This document shows, piece by piece, positions 21,571-31,647 of a stretch of DNA of 64,000 bases (its first letter is position 1; the number at the start of each line of letters is the position of its first letter). The position numbers and the translations under genes were made by a program. This DNA is from Candidatus Omnitrophota bacterium (lineage in GTDB: Bacteria > Omnitrophota > Gorgyraeia > Zapsychrales > Zapsychraceae), in the NCBI GenBank assembly GCA_029261065.1, contig JAJDCB010000012.1, positions 77,430-141,429 of the forward strand, in the 5' to 3' direction. The notes under the pieces are model-generated. The model saw only the letters and a program-made list of their open reading frames with translations. It made no database searches and was not told where the DNA came from.

Positions 21571-22586
21571 AATAGGCTTTCTGTTTCCTTAAAGTTATTC
21601 ATGATATTCATGTTTTGTACAGCTTGTCCAGCGGCCCCTTTGACAAGATTGTCAATGACTGAGGTCAAAACGAGAAGATTTTTCTCTTCATTAGCCGCTA
21701 ATCCAATATCACAGAAATTTGTATGTTGAACATTTTTAAGTTCGGGTTGATTGGATAATGGTAGTATCCGAACAAAAGGTTCTGTTTTATAAAATCGTTT
21801 ATAGATTTGATGTATGTCTTTAAGTTTGATTGTTTTGTTGCACCGAATGTAAATCGTTTCTAATATGCCTCGATTGATGGGTAATAAGTGAGGCACAAAT
21901 TCAATCTTTTTTAATTTTGAAGCAACTTTAGATAGATAAAGATCAATTTCTGGTGCGTGTTGATGTTTTAAGACTTTATAGGCTTTAAAGTTTTCATTAA
22001 GCTCTCCAAATAAAAGCTGAGTGCTTGCTTTTCGTCCAGCACCAGAGACGCCCGATTTGGCATCGATAGTGATCGATGAGATCAGTTGAGAATTTGTTGT
22101 TGCTAGCGGCAATAAACCTATAAGAGCTGCTGTTGGGTAACATCCAGGATTGGCAATCAAATTGGATTTTTTGATCTCTTCTCTATATAGTTCGGGTAAT
22201 CCGTAGGTTGCTTTTTTAAGGTTTGATAAATCTTGATGAGTGGTTTTATACCACTTTTTATATAGTGAGGATGTCTTTAAACGGTAGTCACCGCTTAGAT
22301 CAATGACGCGAAGGCCAGCTTTAAGGAGTTTGGGTGTAATTTTCATAGAAATTGTGTGAGGAACAGCCAAAAAAATAAGATCACACAGCTTTTTAGCTTT
22401 TTCAATATCGAAGCGTTGACAATTAAGGCGTGTTCGTCCGGCAAATTGGGGCCAAATATCTTCAATTTTGCCATGTGAATTATTCGCACTTACATACGTG
22501 ACGCGTGCTTGAGAATGCTTTAGAAGCAATTCAAGGACTTCTTTGCCTGAATATCCACTAACGCCAACTATTCCTACGTTAATCAT
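21567..22586 (-). CDS. argC: N-acetyl-gamma-glutamyl-phosphate reductase
   Basis: IANPGCYPT, SGVSGAGR, DNLVKGAAGQAVQN. Confidence 0.97.
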   Translation of the reverse strand: MINVGIVGVSGYSGKEVLELLLKHSQARVTYVSANNSHGKIEDIWPQFAGRTRLNCQRFDIEKAKKLCDLIFLAVPHTISMKITPKLLKAGLRVIDLSGDYRLKTSSLYKKWYKTTHQDLSNLKKATYGLPELYREEIKKSNLIANPGCYPTAALIGLLPLATTNSQLISSITIDAKSGVSGAGRKASTQLLFGELNENFKAYKVLKHQHAPEIDLYLSKVASKLKKIEFVPHLLPINRGILETIYIRCNKTIKLKDIHQIYKRFYKTEPFVRILPLSNQPELKNVQHTNFCDIGLAANEEKNLLVLTSVIDNLVKGAAGQAVQNMNIMNNFKETESLL

Positions 22587-22641
22587 GTTATTTCTCCAGC
22601 AATCGTGTAACTGTATTATTGTGAATTGTTTATAATAAAAT

Positions 22642-22689
22642 AAAAAACCTATCTCGTCAACTCATTTGGTCTCGGGAGATAGGTTTTTT
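22642..22689 (-). terminator. Intrinsic terminator after rpsI
   Basis: AAAAAACCTATCTC...GAGATAGGTTTTTT inverted repeat with T-tracts. Confidence 0.75.
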
Positions 22690-22716
22690 GAAAATATTTT
22701 GATAAATCTTAAAAGG

Positions 22717-23112
22717 TTATCTTTTAACCCATTGAAACTTCTTACGCGCTCCCTTTTGTCCAGGCTTCTGCCTTTCTTTCATCCTTGGATCGCGCCTTAA
22801 AAGTAAGGCTTTCTTTAAAACGGGTTTGTTTCCTTGTTCGTATTTAACTAAAGCACGAGCTAGTCCTAATCGAAGCGCTCCTGCTTGTCCTGTGTTACCA
22901 CCACCTGTGACACGAACAGTAACATCGAAATTTTTATCAGCATTGGTCAATTGAAGAGGTTCCATAATTGTAATTTGGTGAATTTCACTAGGAAAATAGT
23001 TTATTAAGTCGCGTTTATTAACACGTATTTTACCTGTTCCAGGAGAAATAGTAACTCGTGCAACTGAACTTTTTCGTCGACCTGTAGCAGCATATTTAAC
23101 AATTTCAACCAT
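22717..23112 (-). CDS. rpsI: 30S ribosomal protein S9
   Basis: TGRRKSSVARV, GGGNTGQAGA, RDPRMKER, C-terminal KR. Confidence 0.98.
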   Translation of the reverse strand: MVEIVKYAATGRRKSSVARVTISPGTGKIRVNKRDLINYFPSEIHQITIMEPLQLTNADKNFDVTVRVTGGGNTGQAGALRLGLARALVKYEQGNKPVLKKALLLRRDPRMKERQKPGQKGARKKFQWVKR

Positions 23113-23129
23113 TCTTGATAAACTCCTTA

Positions 23130-23573
23130 TTAAACCTCAAGCGCGATTGGTTTTTGCGCTTGGTGAGGATGTTTGTCCCCAGCATAAATTTTTAATTTTG
23201 TTTTAACTTTGTTTCCAAGAGGACCACTTGGAATCATACGATTAACAGCTAACCGTAACACTTGTGTTGGTGCTTTTTTTAACATGACTTCTAATTTCAT
23301 TGTCCGTTGCCCTGACGGGTAACCAGAATAGCGATGGTATTCTTTTTTTTGAAGCTTTCGTCCTGTGACTCTGATTTTTTCGGCATTAATGATGATCACT
23401 TGATCGCCGGTATCGACATGAGGTGTAAAAATAGCTTTATGTTTTCCACGCAAAATGATAGCGGCTTTCGCGGCAACCTTACCTAAAATCTTGCCCTCAG
23501 CATCAATAACATATGTTTTTCGTTCAACTTCATTGGCCTTAGCCATGAATGATCTTTGTAGTTTTCTTTCCAT
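23130..23573 (-). CDS. rplM: 50S ribosomal protein L13
   Basis: LRGKHKAIFTPHVDTGD, HPHQAQKP. Confidence 0.98.
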   Translation of the reverse strand: MERKLQRSFMAKANEVERKTYVIDAEGKILGKVAAKAAIILRGKHKAIFTPHVDTGDQVIIINAEKIRVTGRKLQKKEYHRYSGYPSGQRTMKLEVMLKKAPTQVLRLAVNRMIPSGPLGNKVKTKLKIYAGDKHPHQAQKPIALEV

Positions 23574-23631
23574 CGTTTTTCCCTAACTAAGTGTATTTAT
23601 GAGATGTTACATAGAACTGTAACGAATCAAA

Positions 23632-23659
23632 AGTATATCAGCTTCTTCTTGGATGTCAA
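23632..23659 (-). promoter_or_regulatory. Probable sigma70 promoter of rplM-rpsI
   Basis: Minus strand TTGACA-16 nt-TATACT with TGn extension. Confidence 0.6.
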
Positions 23660-23734
23660 TAGTTTATTTGGGATATTGGAGCCTGGGCAATGATATGCTA
23701 TTTAGCCCTTTTGGGAGTATTTTGTCCTAACATA

Positions 23735-24484
23735 TTAATACGCAACACTTTTCAACATCAAGCCGTGTGCCTTAGCGGTAATGCCAGCGGCTGTCCTGTT
23801 CTTTTGAGATAAAATCATCTTAATACTACTTTTAGGGAGTTGTTCATTTCCCACCTCAATAAGCGTTCCAACAATGTTTCTGACCATTTTATAAAGGAAA
23901 CCATTAGCTTCTATTTCAATGATAATGATGTCGTTTTTTTTAGAAATTGTTAATTTTTTGATAGTCCTAACGGTATCGCGCTTTTGGCCTCGCTTTGCTG
24001 GATCCGTTGCCTGGAAAGATTTGAAATCGTGGCGCCCTAAAAAGGCCTTTGCCTCTTCTCTCATTTTTTGTAAGCTGAGTTTATAGGGATACCAAAAACA
24101 AAAATGTCTTCTTTGCGCAGGTCGAATTTTTTGGTTGGAGATAGTATATTGATATGTTTTTGATTTGGCGCTATATTGGGCGTGAAATTCTTCTGAAACT
24201 TCCTCGATGGCGATTATCGAAACATCATCTTTGAGATTTGCATTTAAAGCTTTTTGTAATTCAGATATGGCTATCCGTGAAGATGTTTTAAAGTTGGCCA
24301 CTTGAGCGAGGGCATGGACACCACTATCTGTACGACCAGATCCTGTAAGAGACACTTTTTCTTTTAAGATTTTTTTTAAGGCTTTTGAAATGTCACCTTG
24401 GACGGTGCGTTGATTTTGAGCTTGAATCTGCCAACCTTTGAAATGTGTTCCATCATATTCAATTGTGAGTTTAATATTTCTCAT
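23735..24484 (-). CDS. truA: tRNA pseudouridine(38-40) synthase
   Basis: YDGTHFKGWQ, GRTDSGVHA, FLYKMVRNIVG. Confidence 0.97.
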   Translation of the reverse strand: MRNIKLTIEYDGTHFKGWQIQAQNQRTVQGDISKALKKILKEKVSLTGSGRTDSGVHALAQVANFKTSSRIAISELQKALNANLKDDVSIIAIEEVSEEFHAQYSAKSKTYQYTISNQKIRPAQRRHFCFWYPYKLSLQKMREEAKAFLGRHDFKSFQATDPAKRGQKRDTVRTIKKLTISKKNDIIIIEIEANGFLYKMVRNIVGTLIEVGNEQLPKSSIKMILSQKNRTAAGITAKAHGLMLKSVAY

Positions 24485-24513
24485 GGTTGGCGTGGAGAGT
24501 TTTAAGGAGAGGA

Positions 24514-25506
24514 TTAATCTTCAATTAGCTTTTCAGCAATTTGAATAGCATTTAAGGCCGCCCCTTTACGAAGATTGTCAGAAACAATCCATAAGTTAAG
24601 GCCGTTGGTGATAGATTCATCTTCACGAATCCGTCCTACGTAAGTATCATCTTTACCTGTGGCGTCTAAGGGGCAGGGATATTTATTATTGTTTAAATCA
24701 TCGATGACTGTCACCCCTGGCGCTTGAGAGAGAAGTTCAAGGGCTTCTTCGCGTGTAATTTTTAGAGCGGTTTCAATGTTGACCGATTCGCTGTGAGCAC
24801 GAAGGACAGGGACGCGCACACATGTGGCCGAAACGCCAATCTTTTCATCGTGCAGAATTTTCTGAGTTTCTTGAACCATTTTCATCTCTTCTTTGGTATA
24901 TAAATTAGGTTGGGGCACATCGATTTGAGGAATCATGTTGCGAAAAATTTGATATGGAAAAGCGTTAACCGTCAAATCCCCTTTTTCTTGATTCTCTAAT
25001 TCTTTTATTGCCGCTCCCCCCGCTCCTGAGACAGATTGATAAGTAGAAACAACAATCCGCTTGATTCTAGAGAAATCATACAAAGGTTTTAGAGCTACTA
25101 TCATTTGAATGGTTGAACAGTTTGGATTGGCGATAATGCCTTTGTGTTTTTTGATATCTTCCGGATTGACTTCAGGGATAACTAAAGGAACATCTTTGTC
25201 CATACGAAATTGACTGGTGTTATCAATAACAACGCAGCCTTGTTGAACAGCCAGTGGTGCAAAGATTTTACTAACAGCCGCACCTGGTGAAAATAATCCA
25301 ATTTGCACACCTTTAAATTTTTCTAAAGCATTCTCTTCTGTCAATTTTTCATATAACAATCCATCAATTTCTTTTTCATCTACATCAAGACTAGTAGAAA
25401 ATAAACGTAATTGATCGACAGGAAAGTTTCGTTCTTTTAATATTTGAAGCATCTCTTGGCCGACCGCGCCGCGGACACCTACTATAGCTACATTATATTT
25501 TGTCAT
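24514..25506 (-). CDS. asd: Aspartate-semialdehyde dehydrogenase
   Basis: IANPNCSTIQ, TYQSVSGAG, DNLRKGAALN. Confidence 0.97.
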   Translation of the reverse strand: MTKYNVAIVGVRGAVGQEMLQILKERNFPVDQLRLFSTSLDVDEKEIDGLLYEKLTEENALEKFKGVQIGLFSPGAAVSKIFAPLAVQQGCVVIDNTSQFRMDKDVPLVIPEVNPEDIKKHKGIIANPNCSTIQMIVALKPLYDFSRIKRIVVSTYQSVSGAGGAAIKELENQEKGDLTVNAFPYQIFRNMIPQIDVPQPNLYTKEEMKMVQETQKILHDEKIGVSATCVRVPVLRAHSESVNIETALKITREEALELLSQAPGVTVIDDLNNNKYPCPLDATGKDDTYVGRIREDESITNGLNLWIVSDNLRKGAALNAIQIAEKLIED

Positions 25507-25524
25507 AATTGATTACCTCGTATT

Positions 25525-25991
25525 TAGTGGTAGAGTGCTAGAGTGATAAAGTGATAGTTAGGTTCTTATGTTTTTTATTAATCCGTTTAACATCATTCCA
25601 ACTTCGTTGGAATGTTCGTATAAAGAAGTACAGTTTTCTTCTGATAAATAATGAAGATCTTTGCTTAATAAAAGGTGGTATTTTGTTTCTTCCAATGATC
25701 CTTGGGCAATATTTAAGAATCGAAGAAAATCTTTTGTTGAGTTTTTGTATCCTTCAACAATATTAGCACATACCGAAATCGATGATCTTCTGATCTGACT
25801 CGTCAAACCAAATCGTTCATCGCTAGGAAAATATTTTGTCATTCGATAAATCTCAAGCACAAGCGCATGTCCTTTCTCCCAAACCAATAAATCCTCAAAT
25901 GTTCTAATTCTCATGTATTTTCTCCATTTTTACCGGGGAAGTAGTCGTCGGGATTTTTCTTAATTATTATCACTTTATCACTTTACCACTA
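25525..25991. mobile_element. Putative element: four-helix-bundle gene bounded by inverted octamer arrays
   Basis: Left TAGTGGTA GAGTGCTA GAGTGATA AAGTGATA (25525-25556); right TATCACTT TATCACTT TACCACTA (25968-25991); fills the leuB-asd interval. Confidence 0.6.
25558..25914 (-). CDS. Four helix bundle protein (23S rRNA IVP / TIGR02436-type)
   Basis: FEDLLVWEKGH, FPSDERFGLTSQIRRSSISVCANIVEG, FLNIAQGSLEE. Confidence 0.93.
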   Translation of the reverse strand: MRIRTFEDLLVWEKGHALVLEIYRMTKYFPSDERFGLTSQIRRSSISVCANIVEGYKNSTKDFLRFLNIAQGSLEETKYHLLLSKDLHYLSEENCTSLYEHSNEVGMMLNGLIKNIRT

Positions 25992-25992
25992 A

Positions 25993-27093
25993 TTAAATAT
26001 ATTCTAATACCATATCCCCAATCTCATTCGTTGAATATCCCATTTCGCCAACAAGCATCGATTTCATTTTTTTAATGGTTTCTTTGATTCCTACTTCAAT
26101 ATCATTGGCGGCTTGAGTTTCTCCTAAATGAGTCAACATCATTTGAGCTGTGATAATGGCAGCGATTGGATTAATTACATTTTTTCCAGCAAAGGCAGGT
26201 GCTGTTCCATGAACGGGTTCGAACATGCTTACCCCCTTTGGATTAATGTTTCCACTTGGAGCAACCCCCATCCCCCCTTGTGTGACAGCGGCGAGATCGG
26301 TAATGATGTCACCAAACATATTTCCAGTAACAATGACATCGTAACGTTCAGGGCTTTCAATCATATAAATACAACAAGCATCGACATGCACATAGTCAGG
26401 TGCAATATTAGGATAATCTTTGGCGACTTCATGAAAGATGCGATCCCAAAGGTCGAAGACATACGTTAGGACATTTGTTTTTCCGCATAACGTTAACTTG
26501 CCAATGTAGCCTTTTGATTTTTCTTCCTCTGATAACCCAGCCCAAGGTTGATCTTTATGTCGTTTTTGTGTGCATTCAAAAGCATAACGCAAACATCTCT
26601 CAACTTGTTCCCTGGAATAAACCATGGATTGAATTGCAACTTCGTTGGCCTCACCCTTATTTTGAAATTCACCAACGCCGGTATAAAGGCCACCGGTATT
26701 TTCGCGAACAACAATATAGTCGATATGTTTGGTTGTTTTATTTTTGATAGGTGTTTCTACGTTTTCATAAAGTTTTACAGGGCGTAAATTGATGTAGAGA
26801 TCTAAATCAAATCGTAATTTTAAAAGAATCCCTTTTTCAAGGATTCCTGGTTTGACATCAGGATGACCAATACCTCCAAGATAAATAGCATCAAAATTTT
26901 TAAGCGTATTGACCTCTTCATCAGATAAGATTTCGCCCGTTTTTAGATAGCGCTCGCCTCCAAAAGGAAATTCGGTAGTCTCAATTTTAAATTGATGTTT
27001 TTGGCTTGAGGCTGCTAAGACTTTTAATCCTTCATCTATAACTTCGCGACCAATGCCATCGCCTGGTATGACAGCTATTTTGTATGTATTCAT
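25993..27093 (-). CDS. leuB: 3-isopropylmalate dehydrogenase
   Basis: [32 protein letters not shown]; leuB-asd-truA synteny. Confidence 0.88.
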   Translation of the reverse strand: MNTYKIAVIPGDGIGREVIDEGLKVLAASSQKHQFKIETTEFPFGGERYLKTGEILSDEEVNTLKNFDAIYLGGIGHPDVKPGILEKGILLKLRFDLDLYINLRPVKLYENVETPIKNKTTKHIDYIVVRENTGGLYTGVGEFQNKGEANEVAIQSMVYSREQVERCLRYAFECTQKRHKDQPWAGLSEEEKSKGYIGKLTLCGKTNVLTYVFDLWDRIFHEVAKDYPNIAPDYVHVDACCIYMIESPERYDVIVTGNMFGDIITDLAAVTQGGMGVAPSGNINPKGVSMFEPVHGTAPAFAGKNVINPIAAIITAQMMLTHLGETQAANDIEVGIKETIKKMKSMLVGEMGYSTNEIGDMVLEYI

Positions 27094-27146
27094 AGAGTTA
27101 TCCTTCACGTGTGGTTTAAGCACGCGTTATATTTTGTATTTAGGGT

Positions 27147-28391
27147 TTATTCCTGAAATTTCTTAACCAGTATACTAGCATTATGACCGCCAAATCCCAA
27201 GGAATTTGATAAAGCGGCGGTGACTTCTAGTTTTCTGGCTTCGTTGGGAATGTAATCAAGATCGCAGTCAGGATCTGGTGTTTCGAGGTTGATTGTAGGT
27301 GGGACAACGCCTTCTAGAATAGCATTGACACAAACAGCAAATTCAACACCTCCCGCGGCACCTAGCAGATGTCCGGTCATGGATTTTGTTGAACTGATAG
27401 GTACTTTCTTTGCGATCTCTCCAAAGACATTTTTTATGGCTAAGGACTCCACTTTGTCATTCAATTTTGTTGATGTTCCATGGGCATTGATGTAAGAGAT
27501 ATCGTTGATGGTTAAACCGGCATCTTTAATAGCGATGTTCATGGCTCGTGATGCGCCTGCCCCTGAGGATTCAGGTGCTGTAATATGGAAGGCATCGGAT
27601 GTGCGACCATATCCTCCCACTTCAGCAAGGATCGTAGCCCCTCTTTGTTTGGCGTGATCCAAAGATTCTAGAATAGCGACACCTGCTCCTTCTGCCATAA
27701 CAAATCCATCTCGATTTAAATCAAAAGGACGTGATGCTTTTTCAGGTTCGTCGTTTCTTTTACTCAATGCTTTAAGCGCACAAAATCCGCCAAGGCCTAA
27801 TAATGTTGTAGCACTCTCTGTTCCACCCGCAATCATGATATCCGCATCACCATATTGAATGAAACGCATAGCATCCCCAATGGCATTGGTAGCTGTTGAA
27901 CAAGCTGTTGCTATGCACGTGGCTGGGCCTTGTGCGCCGGTATCAATGGATACTTGTCCGGCGGCTTCATTAATGATTATTTTTGGAATAAAATGAGGGC
28001 TGATGCGGCTTGGACCGCGATCTAAATATTTTTTAAACTCAGCTTCAATAGTTTCGATACTTCCTATGCCTGATCCTATCAAAACACCCATACGTTCTAA
28101 ATTAATCTGAGATAAGTCGAGTTTGGAGTGAGCTACGGCTTCTTTGCTTGCGACAGAAGCAAATTGCACAAAGCGTGCGAGATTACGCGCTTCTTTGGTG
28201 GAGAAATATTTAAGAGGATCGTAGTCAGAGACTTCACCTGCAATCTGAGAATTAAATTCGGAAGGATCAAAAGCCGTAATTCTCCTGATTCCACTTTTTC
28301 CAGCCAAAAGGGCTTTATTAAAATTGGCATTACCTGTACCTACAGGTGAAATAACTCCTAAACCAGTTACAACGACACGTTTTTTTGACAT
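27147..28391 (-). CDS. fabF: Beta-ketoacyl-ACP synthase II
   Basis: Start trimmed to MSKKRVVVTG; TACST, NAHGTST, NSLGFGGHN. Confidence 0.97.
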   Translation of the reverse strand: MSKKRVVVTGLGVISPVGTGNANFNKALLAGKSGIRRITAFDPSEFNSQIAGEVSDYDPLKYFSTKEARNLARFVQFASVASKEAVAHSKLDLSQINLERMGVLIGSGIGSIETIEAEFKKYLDRGPSRISPHFIPKIIINEAAGQVSIDTGAQGPATCIATACSTATNAIGDAMRFIQYGDADIMIAGGTESATTLLGLGGFCALKALSKRNDEPEKASRPFDLNRDGFVMAEGAGVAILESLDHAKQRGATILAEVGGYGRTSDAFHITAPESSGAGASRAMNIAIKDAGLTINDISYINAHGTSTKLNDKVESLAIKNVFGEIAKKVPISSTKSMTGHLLGAAGGVEFAVCVNAILEGVVPPTINLETPDPDCDLDYIPNEARKLEVTAALSNSLGFGGHNASILVKKFQE

Positions 28392-28470
28392 GGGCTTACA
28401 AAGATAAGGCCCCGGCATTAAGCCGAGGCATGGTTAAAATTATCTATAAAGGTGACTAGAAATGAACAAT

Positions 28471-28710
28471 TTACTTTTTTGCTGTTTTTTCTTCGACGTA
28501 TTTAATGGCATCGCCAACAGAAGTCATCTTTTCAGCATCTTCATCTGGGATTTCGACGCTAAATTCTTCTTCCAAAGCCATAATAAGTTCCACGGTGTCC
28601 AATGAATCGGCACCAAGGTCATCGATAAAAGATGCATCAGGGACTACTTCGTCTGGTTTGACCCCCAGCTGCTCTGCGATGATTGATTTGATCTTTTCTT
28701 CGACTGCCAT
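28471..28710 (-). CDS. acpP: Acyl carrier protein
   Basis: [12 protein letters not shown]. Confidence 0.98.
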   Translation of the reverse strand: MAVEEKIKSIIAEQLGVKPDEVVPDASFIDDLGADSLDTVELIMALEEEFSVEIPDEDAEKMTSVGDAIKYVEEKTAKK

Positions 28711-28736
28711 TGATAAGCCTCCTTTAAAATGTTGAT

Positions 28737-29477
28737 TTAAATCGCCATACCACCATCTACGACGATTGTTTGACCAGTAATATAATTTGCTTCATCCGAA
28801 GCAAGAAATAAACAGACGTTTGCAACGTCTTTGGGTTTTCCTAATTGTCCTAAGGGAATTGATTTGAGAAGTTCTTCTTTAACGCTATCCTTTAATTCTG
28901 CTGTCATGTCTGTTTGAATGTATCCAGGCGCAACAGCATTAACGGTGATATGTCTGGAAGCAAGTTCTTTAGCGATAGATTTGGTAAAACCGATGATGCC
29001 AGCTTTTGTAGCGGCATAGTTCGCTTGACCTGCATTTCCTGTAATTCCAATGATCGATGAGATGTTTATGATCTTGCCTTTTTTTGCTTTAAGCATCATT
29101 TTGGCAACAATCTTTGAGCAATTAAAAACGCCTTTCAAATTGATGTTAATGACATCGTTCCAGTCACTTTCACTCATTCGAAGAAGCAAATTATCTTTCG
29201 TAATGCCCGCGTTGTTAATTAATATATCAACGCTCTTATATTTGTCAAGAACTTTGTTAGACATTTTTAGTACATCTTCAAGGTTTGTCACGTCGCAGCC
29301 TATACCTTCGGCTTTATAACCTTTTTCTTGAATTTCTTGCGCCACAGCAGCTGCTTGATCAGGATTTCGTCCTACAATAATTGCTACCGCTCCCTTTTCA
29401 GCAAAGCTAAAAGCAATTTCTTTTCCGATTCCGCGTGTTGATCCTGTAATAATAATAGTTTGATTTTCGAAGTTCAT
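28737..29477 (-). CDS. fabG: 3-oxoacyl-ACP reductase
   Basis: [21 protein letters not shown]; adjacent to acpP. Confidence 0.96.
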   Translation of the reverse strand: MNFENQTIIITGSTRGIGKEIAFSFAEKGAVAIIVGRNPDQAAAVAQEIQEKGYKAEGIGCDVTNLEDVLKMSNKVLDKYKSVDILINNAGITKDNLLLRMSESDWNDVININLKGVFNCSKIVAKMMLKAKKGKIINISSIIGITGNAGQANYAATKAGIIGFTKSIAKELASRHITVNAVAPGYIQTDMTAELKDSVKEELLKSIPLGQLGKPKDVANVCLFLASDEANYITGQTIVVDGGMAI

Positions 29478-29530
29478 ATGATTTCCCGTATGATAACAAT
29501 CCTTTGTTTATTTGCAAGTAAAATCATCAA

Positions 29531-29980
29531 TTAAATATCAATATCATCATATCCAGAGGATTGATTGGTATTATCTCTTTTGTTTTGATTAAAATCTACG
29601 TTCAGAGATTGACCGTTTTTGATCATTTTTTCAAAATGTGATTTTAAAAGGCGTTTAATAAGAGCTCTTGTTAGCGGGATAAGAAGGACAAAACCTATGG
29701 CATCTGTTACGAATCCAGGTGTAAGTAAGACTATTCCTCCAACTAAGATCATCAGGCCATCTAAAAGTTCTTCATTGGGCAGTAACCCCTTATTCATATC
29801 CTGTTGTATTTTATTGAGAACAAGAAACCCTTGCATGCGGGCTAAATAAGCTCCTGCCACTCCTGTGGCCACTATAAGAAGAAGTGTATTGCCTACACCA
29901 ATATGCCCACCTACCTTAATAAGGATGGTAAGTTCAACAGCTGGGACTATGGTAAATAATAAGAGTAAGTAGAAAAACAT
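29531..29980 (-). CDS. fxsA: FxsA family membrane protein
   Basis: PAVELTILIKVG, GIVLLTPGFVTDAIG. Confidence 0.9.
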   Translation of the reverse strand: MFFYLLLLFTIVPAVELTILIKVGGHIGVGNTLLLIVATGVAGAYLARMQGFLVLNKIQQDMNKGLLPNEELLDGLMILVGGIVLLTPGFVTDAIGFVLLIPLTRALIKRLLKSHFEKMIKNGQSLNVDFNQNKRDNTNQSSGYDDIDI

Positions 29981-30363
29981 TAGTAAGTCAAGTTTGGGAT
30001 TAGTTCTAATACAGAATTTTTAAGAAAGTCACGTTTGTAAAAATCATCATCAATAATGTCGTTATTCCAGGTGATGATATCAAGGTCAATGGTTCTTGGT
30101 CCAAATTTAATGTTTGAGACCTCGCGGCCTAGTTCTTTTTCGATATCTTTAAGCTGACAACGGACATCTTCTCTATTTTTTTTTGTCTGAATTAATAGCG
30201 AGCCATTAATAAAATCATCTTGTTGTGTGTAACCAATAGGCTTTGTTTTTATAAATTTGGATTCTCCTAAAACTGAGTAGTTTTGATTTAAGAGTTCTTT
30301 TGCCTTAGCAATATTTTTTTTGGGGTCAATGTTTGAGCCCAGACCGATGACAGCGTTATTCAT
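29980..30363 (-). CDS. folK: Second, short HPPK-family pterin pyrophosphokinase
   Basis: IGLGSNIDP, FGPRTIDLDI; lacks the PHPR segment present in the first copy. Confidence 0.85.
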   Translation of the reverse strand: MNNAVIGLGSNIDPKKNIAKAKELLNQNYSVLGESKFIKTKPIGYTQQDDFINGSLLIQTKKNREDVRCQLKDIEKELGREVSNIKFGPRTIDLDIITWNNDIIDDDFYKRDFLKNSVLELIPNLTY

Positions 30364-30715
30364 GGGTATTACTACTTGTTAATTCTATGGAGACAGAATC
30401 AGCAAAACGTAAGGCAAATGGTTTATCCACGCGTACGGTTGCTGTTTGAGCCAATGGATTATCCAACACAATCTTTAAAAGTTGAGAGGCTAACTTCTCT
30501 ATTAAGAAATAACTTGATCCTTCCACTTTTTCAATGACTTTCTTTGTAATATTTTTGTAGTCAAGAGTATCCTTTAAGTCATCACTGTCACAAGCTTTAG
30601 ATGCATCAAAAGTAATTGTGATATTGATTATTAAATCTTGTTTAACATCACGTTCCCATTCATTGGCCCCTATAATTGTTCTTAGGCGTAGATCGGTTAT
30701 TTGAATTTTTGCCAT
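30356..30715 (-). CDS. folX: Dihydroneopterin triphosphate 2'-epimerase (FolX-like member of FolB family)
   Basis: LRLRTIIG and DKPFALRFADSVS resemble FolX; sits with folE and an SDR. Confidence 0.7.
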   Translation of the reverse strand: MAKIQITDLRLRTIIGANEWERDVKQDLIINITITFDASKACDSDDLKDTLDYKNITKKVIEKVEGSSYFLIEKLASQLLKIVLDNPLAQTATVRVDKPFALRFADSVSIELTSSNTHE

Positions 30716-30747
30716 TTGAAAGTCCTTATAGTTAGTTTGCTAGCAAG

Positions 30748-30917
30748 AATAACCAAGGTACAAGATAACAAGATACAAAAAAGAAACAATACCCAATTAC
30801 AAATAACCAAATAGTTTGATTATTTAGCTTTTGGAGATTGATTATTTTTTGCCAAAGCGTCAAGAGACGCTGGTTCGGCCATAGGCCGAATATCTTGTAT
30901 CTTGTACCTTGGTTATT
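30748..30917. mobile_element. Non-coding MITE-like element with ~27-bp heptamer-based terminal inverted repeats (copy 1)
   Basis: AATAACCAAGGTACAAGATAACAAGATA ... TATCTTGTATCTTGTACCTTGGTTATT; internal GC hairpins. Confidence 0.65.
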
Positions 30918-31647
30918 ATAATAAGTGTTCTCCCCCATCACAATAAATCACCTGCCCTGTTAAAAAGTCATTTTCAATAAGAAACTTTACTGATTGCGTT
31001 ATATTAGATATATTTCCTTTTCGTTTTAAAGGAATATTTTTTGCTAATCGATCAAGGTGATTATAAGATTTATTTTCAGGTGGAATGATTAGCCCAGGTG
31101 CGACAGCATTTACGCGTATTTGTGGAGCTAATTCTGTTGCTGAAAGTTTTGTTAAATCAGCTAATCCCTTTTTTGTTAGTAAATAGATCGTGTGTTGGGT
31201 TGTATTTGCCGTAATATGCGTGTCTAATAGATTAATAATCGCACCCTTTTTGATAGTTTTAGCGAATTGCTGAGTTAAAAGAAAAGGAGCTTTTAGATTG
31301 ATGTTAAACTCTTGATCAAAGTTTTTACTTGAGTCCGATTTGATTGTAGATTTGTTGAACACAGAAGCATTGTTTATAAGTAAATTAAGCTGTGGAAAAG
31401 TATTTTTTGCGTTATTCACAAGCTTTAATACTTCTTTTTCTTTTTGAAGGTCGCAGCAAAATAATTGACATCTCCCTCCCTTTTTTTTTATTTGACGTTT
31501 ACTTATTTCAGCTTTAGCTTTAGATTTATGGTAATGAAGCGCTATATCAAAACCTTCTTGGGATAAATAGAGTGCAATAGCCTGACCAATTCGTTTGGCT
31601 CCACCTGTAATGAGAACCGCACGTTTTGTTTTGGAGGAGAGTGTCAT
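30916..31647 (-). CDS. folM: Pteridine reductase-type SDR (FolM/PTR1-like)
   Basis: [25 protein letters not shown]; between folE and folX. Confidence 0.75.
   Translation of the reverse strand: MTLSSKTKRAVLITGGAKRIGQAIALYLSQEGFDIALHYHKSKAKAEISKRQIKKKGGRCQLFCCDLQKEKEVLKLVNNAKNTFPQLNLLINNASVFNKSTIKSDSSKNFDQEFNINLKAPFLLTQQFAKTIKKGAIINLLDTHITANTTQHTIYLLTKKGLADLTKLSATELAPQIRVNAVAPGLIIPPENKSYNHLDRLAKNIPLKRKGNISNITQSVKFLIENDFLTGQVIYCDGGEHLL

Noticed and set aside
22600-22640. ARG box upstream of argC
   Set aside because: Only a weak partial match in AT-rich DNA
25558-25914. Avd of a diversity-generating retroelement, or a 23S rRNA intervening sequence
   Set aside because: No reverse transcriptase, no TR/VR pair with A-specific mismatches and no rRNA sequence seen
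30732-30941. 69-aa ORF, and similarly ORFs 16134-16367, 34778-35086 and 53841-54068
   Set aside because: Translations of repeat elements or overlaps of real genes
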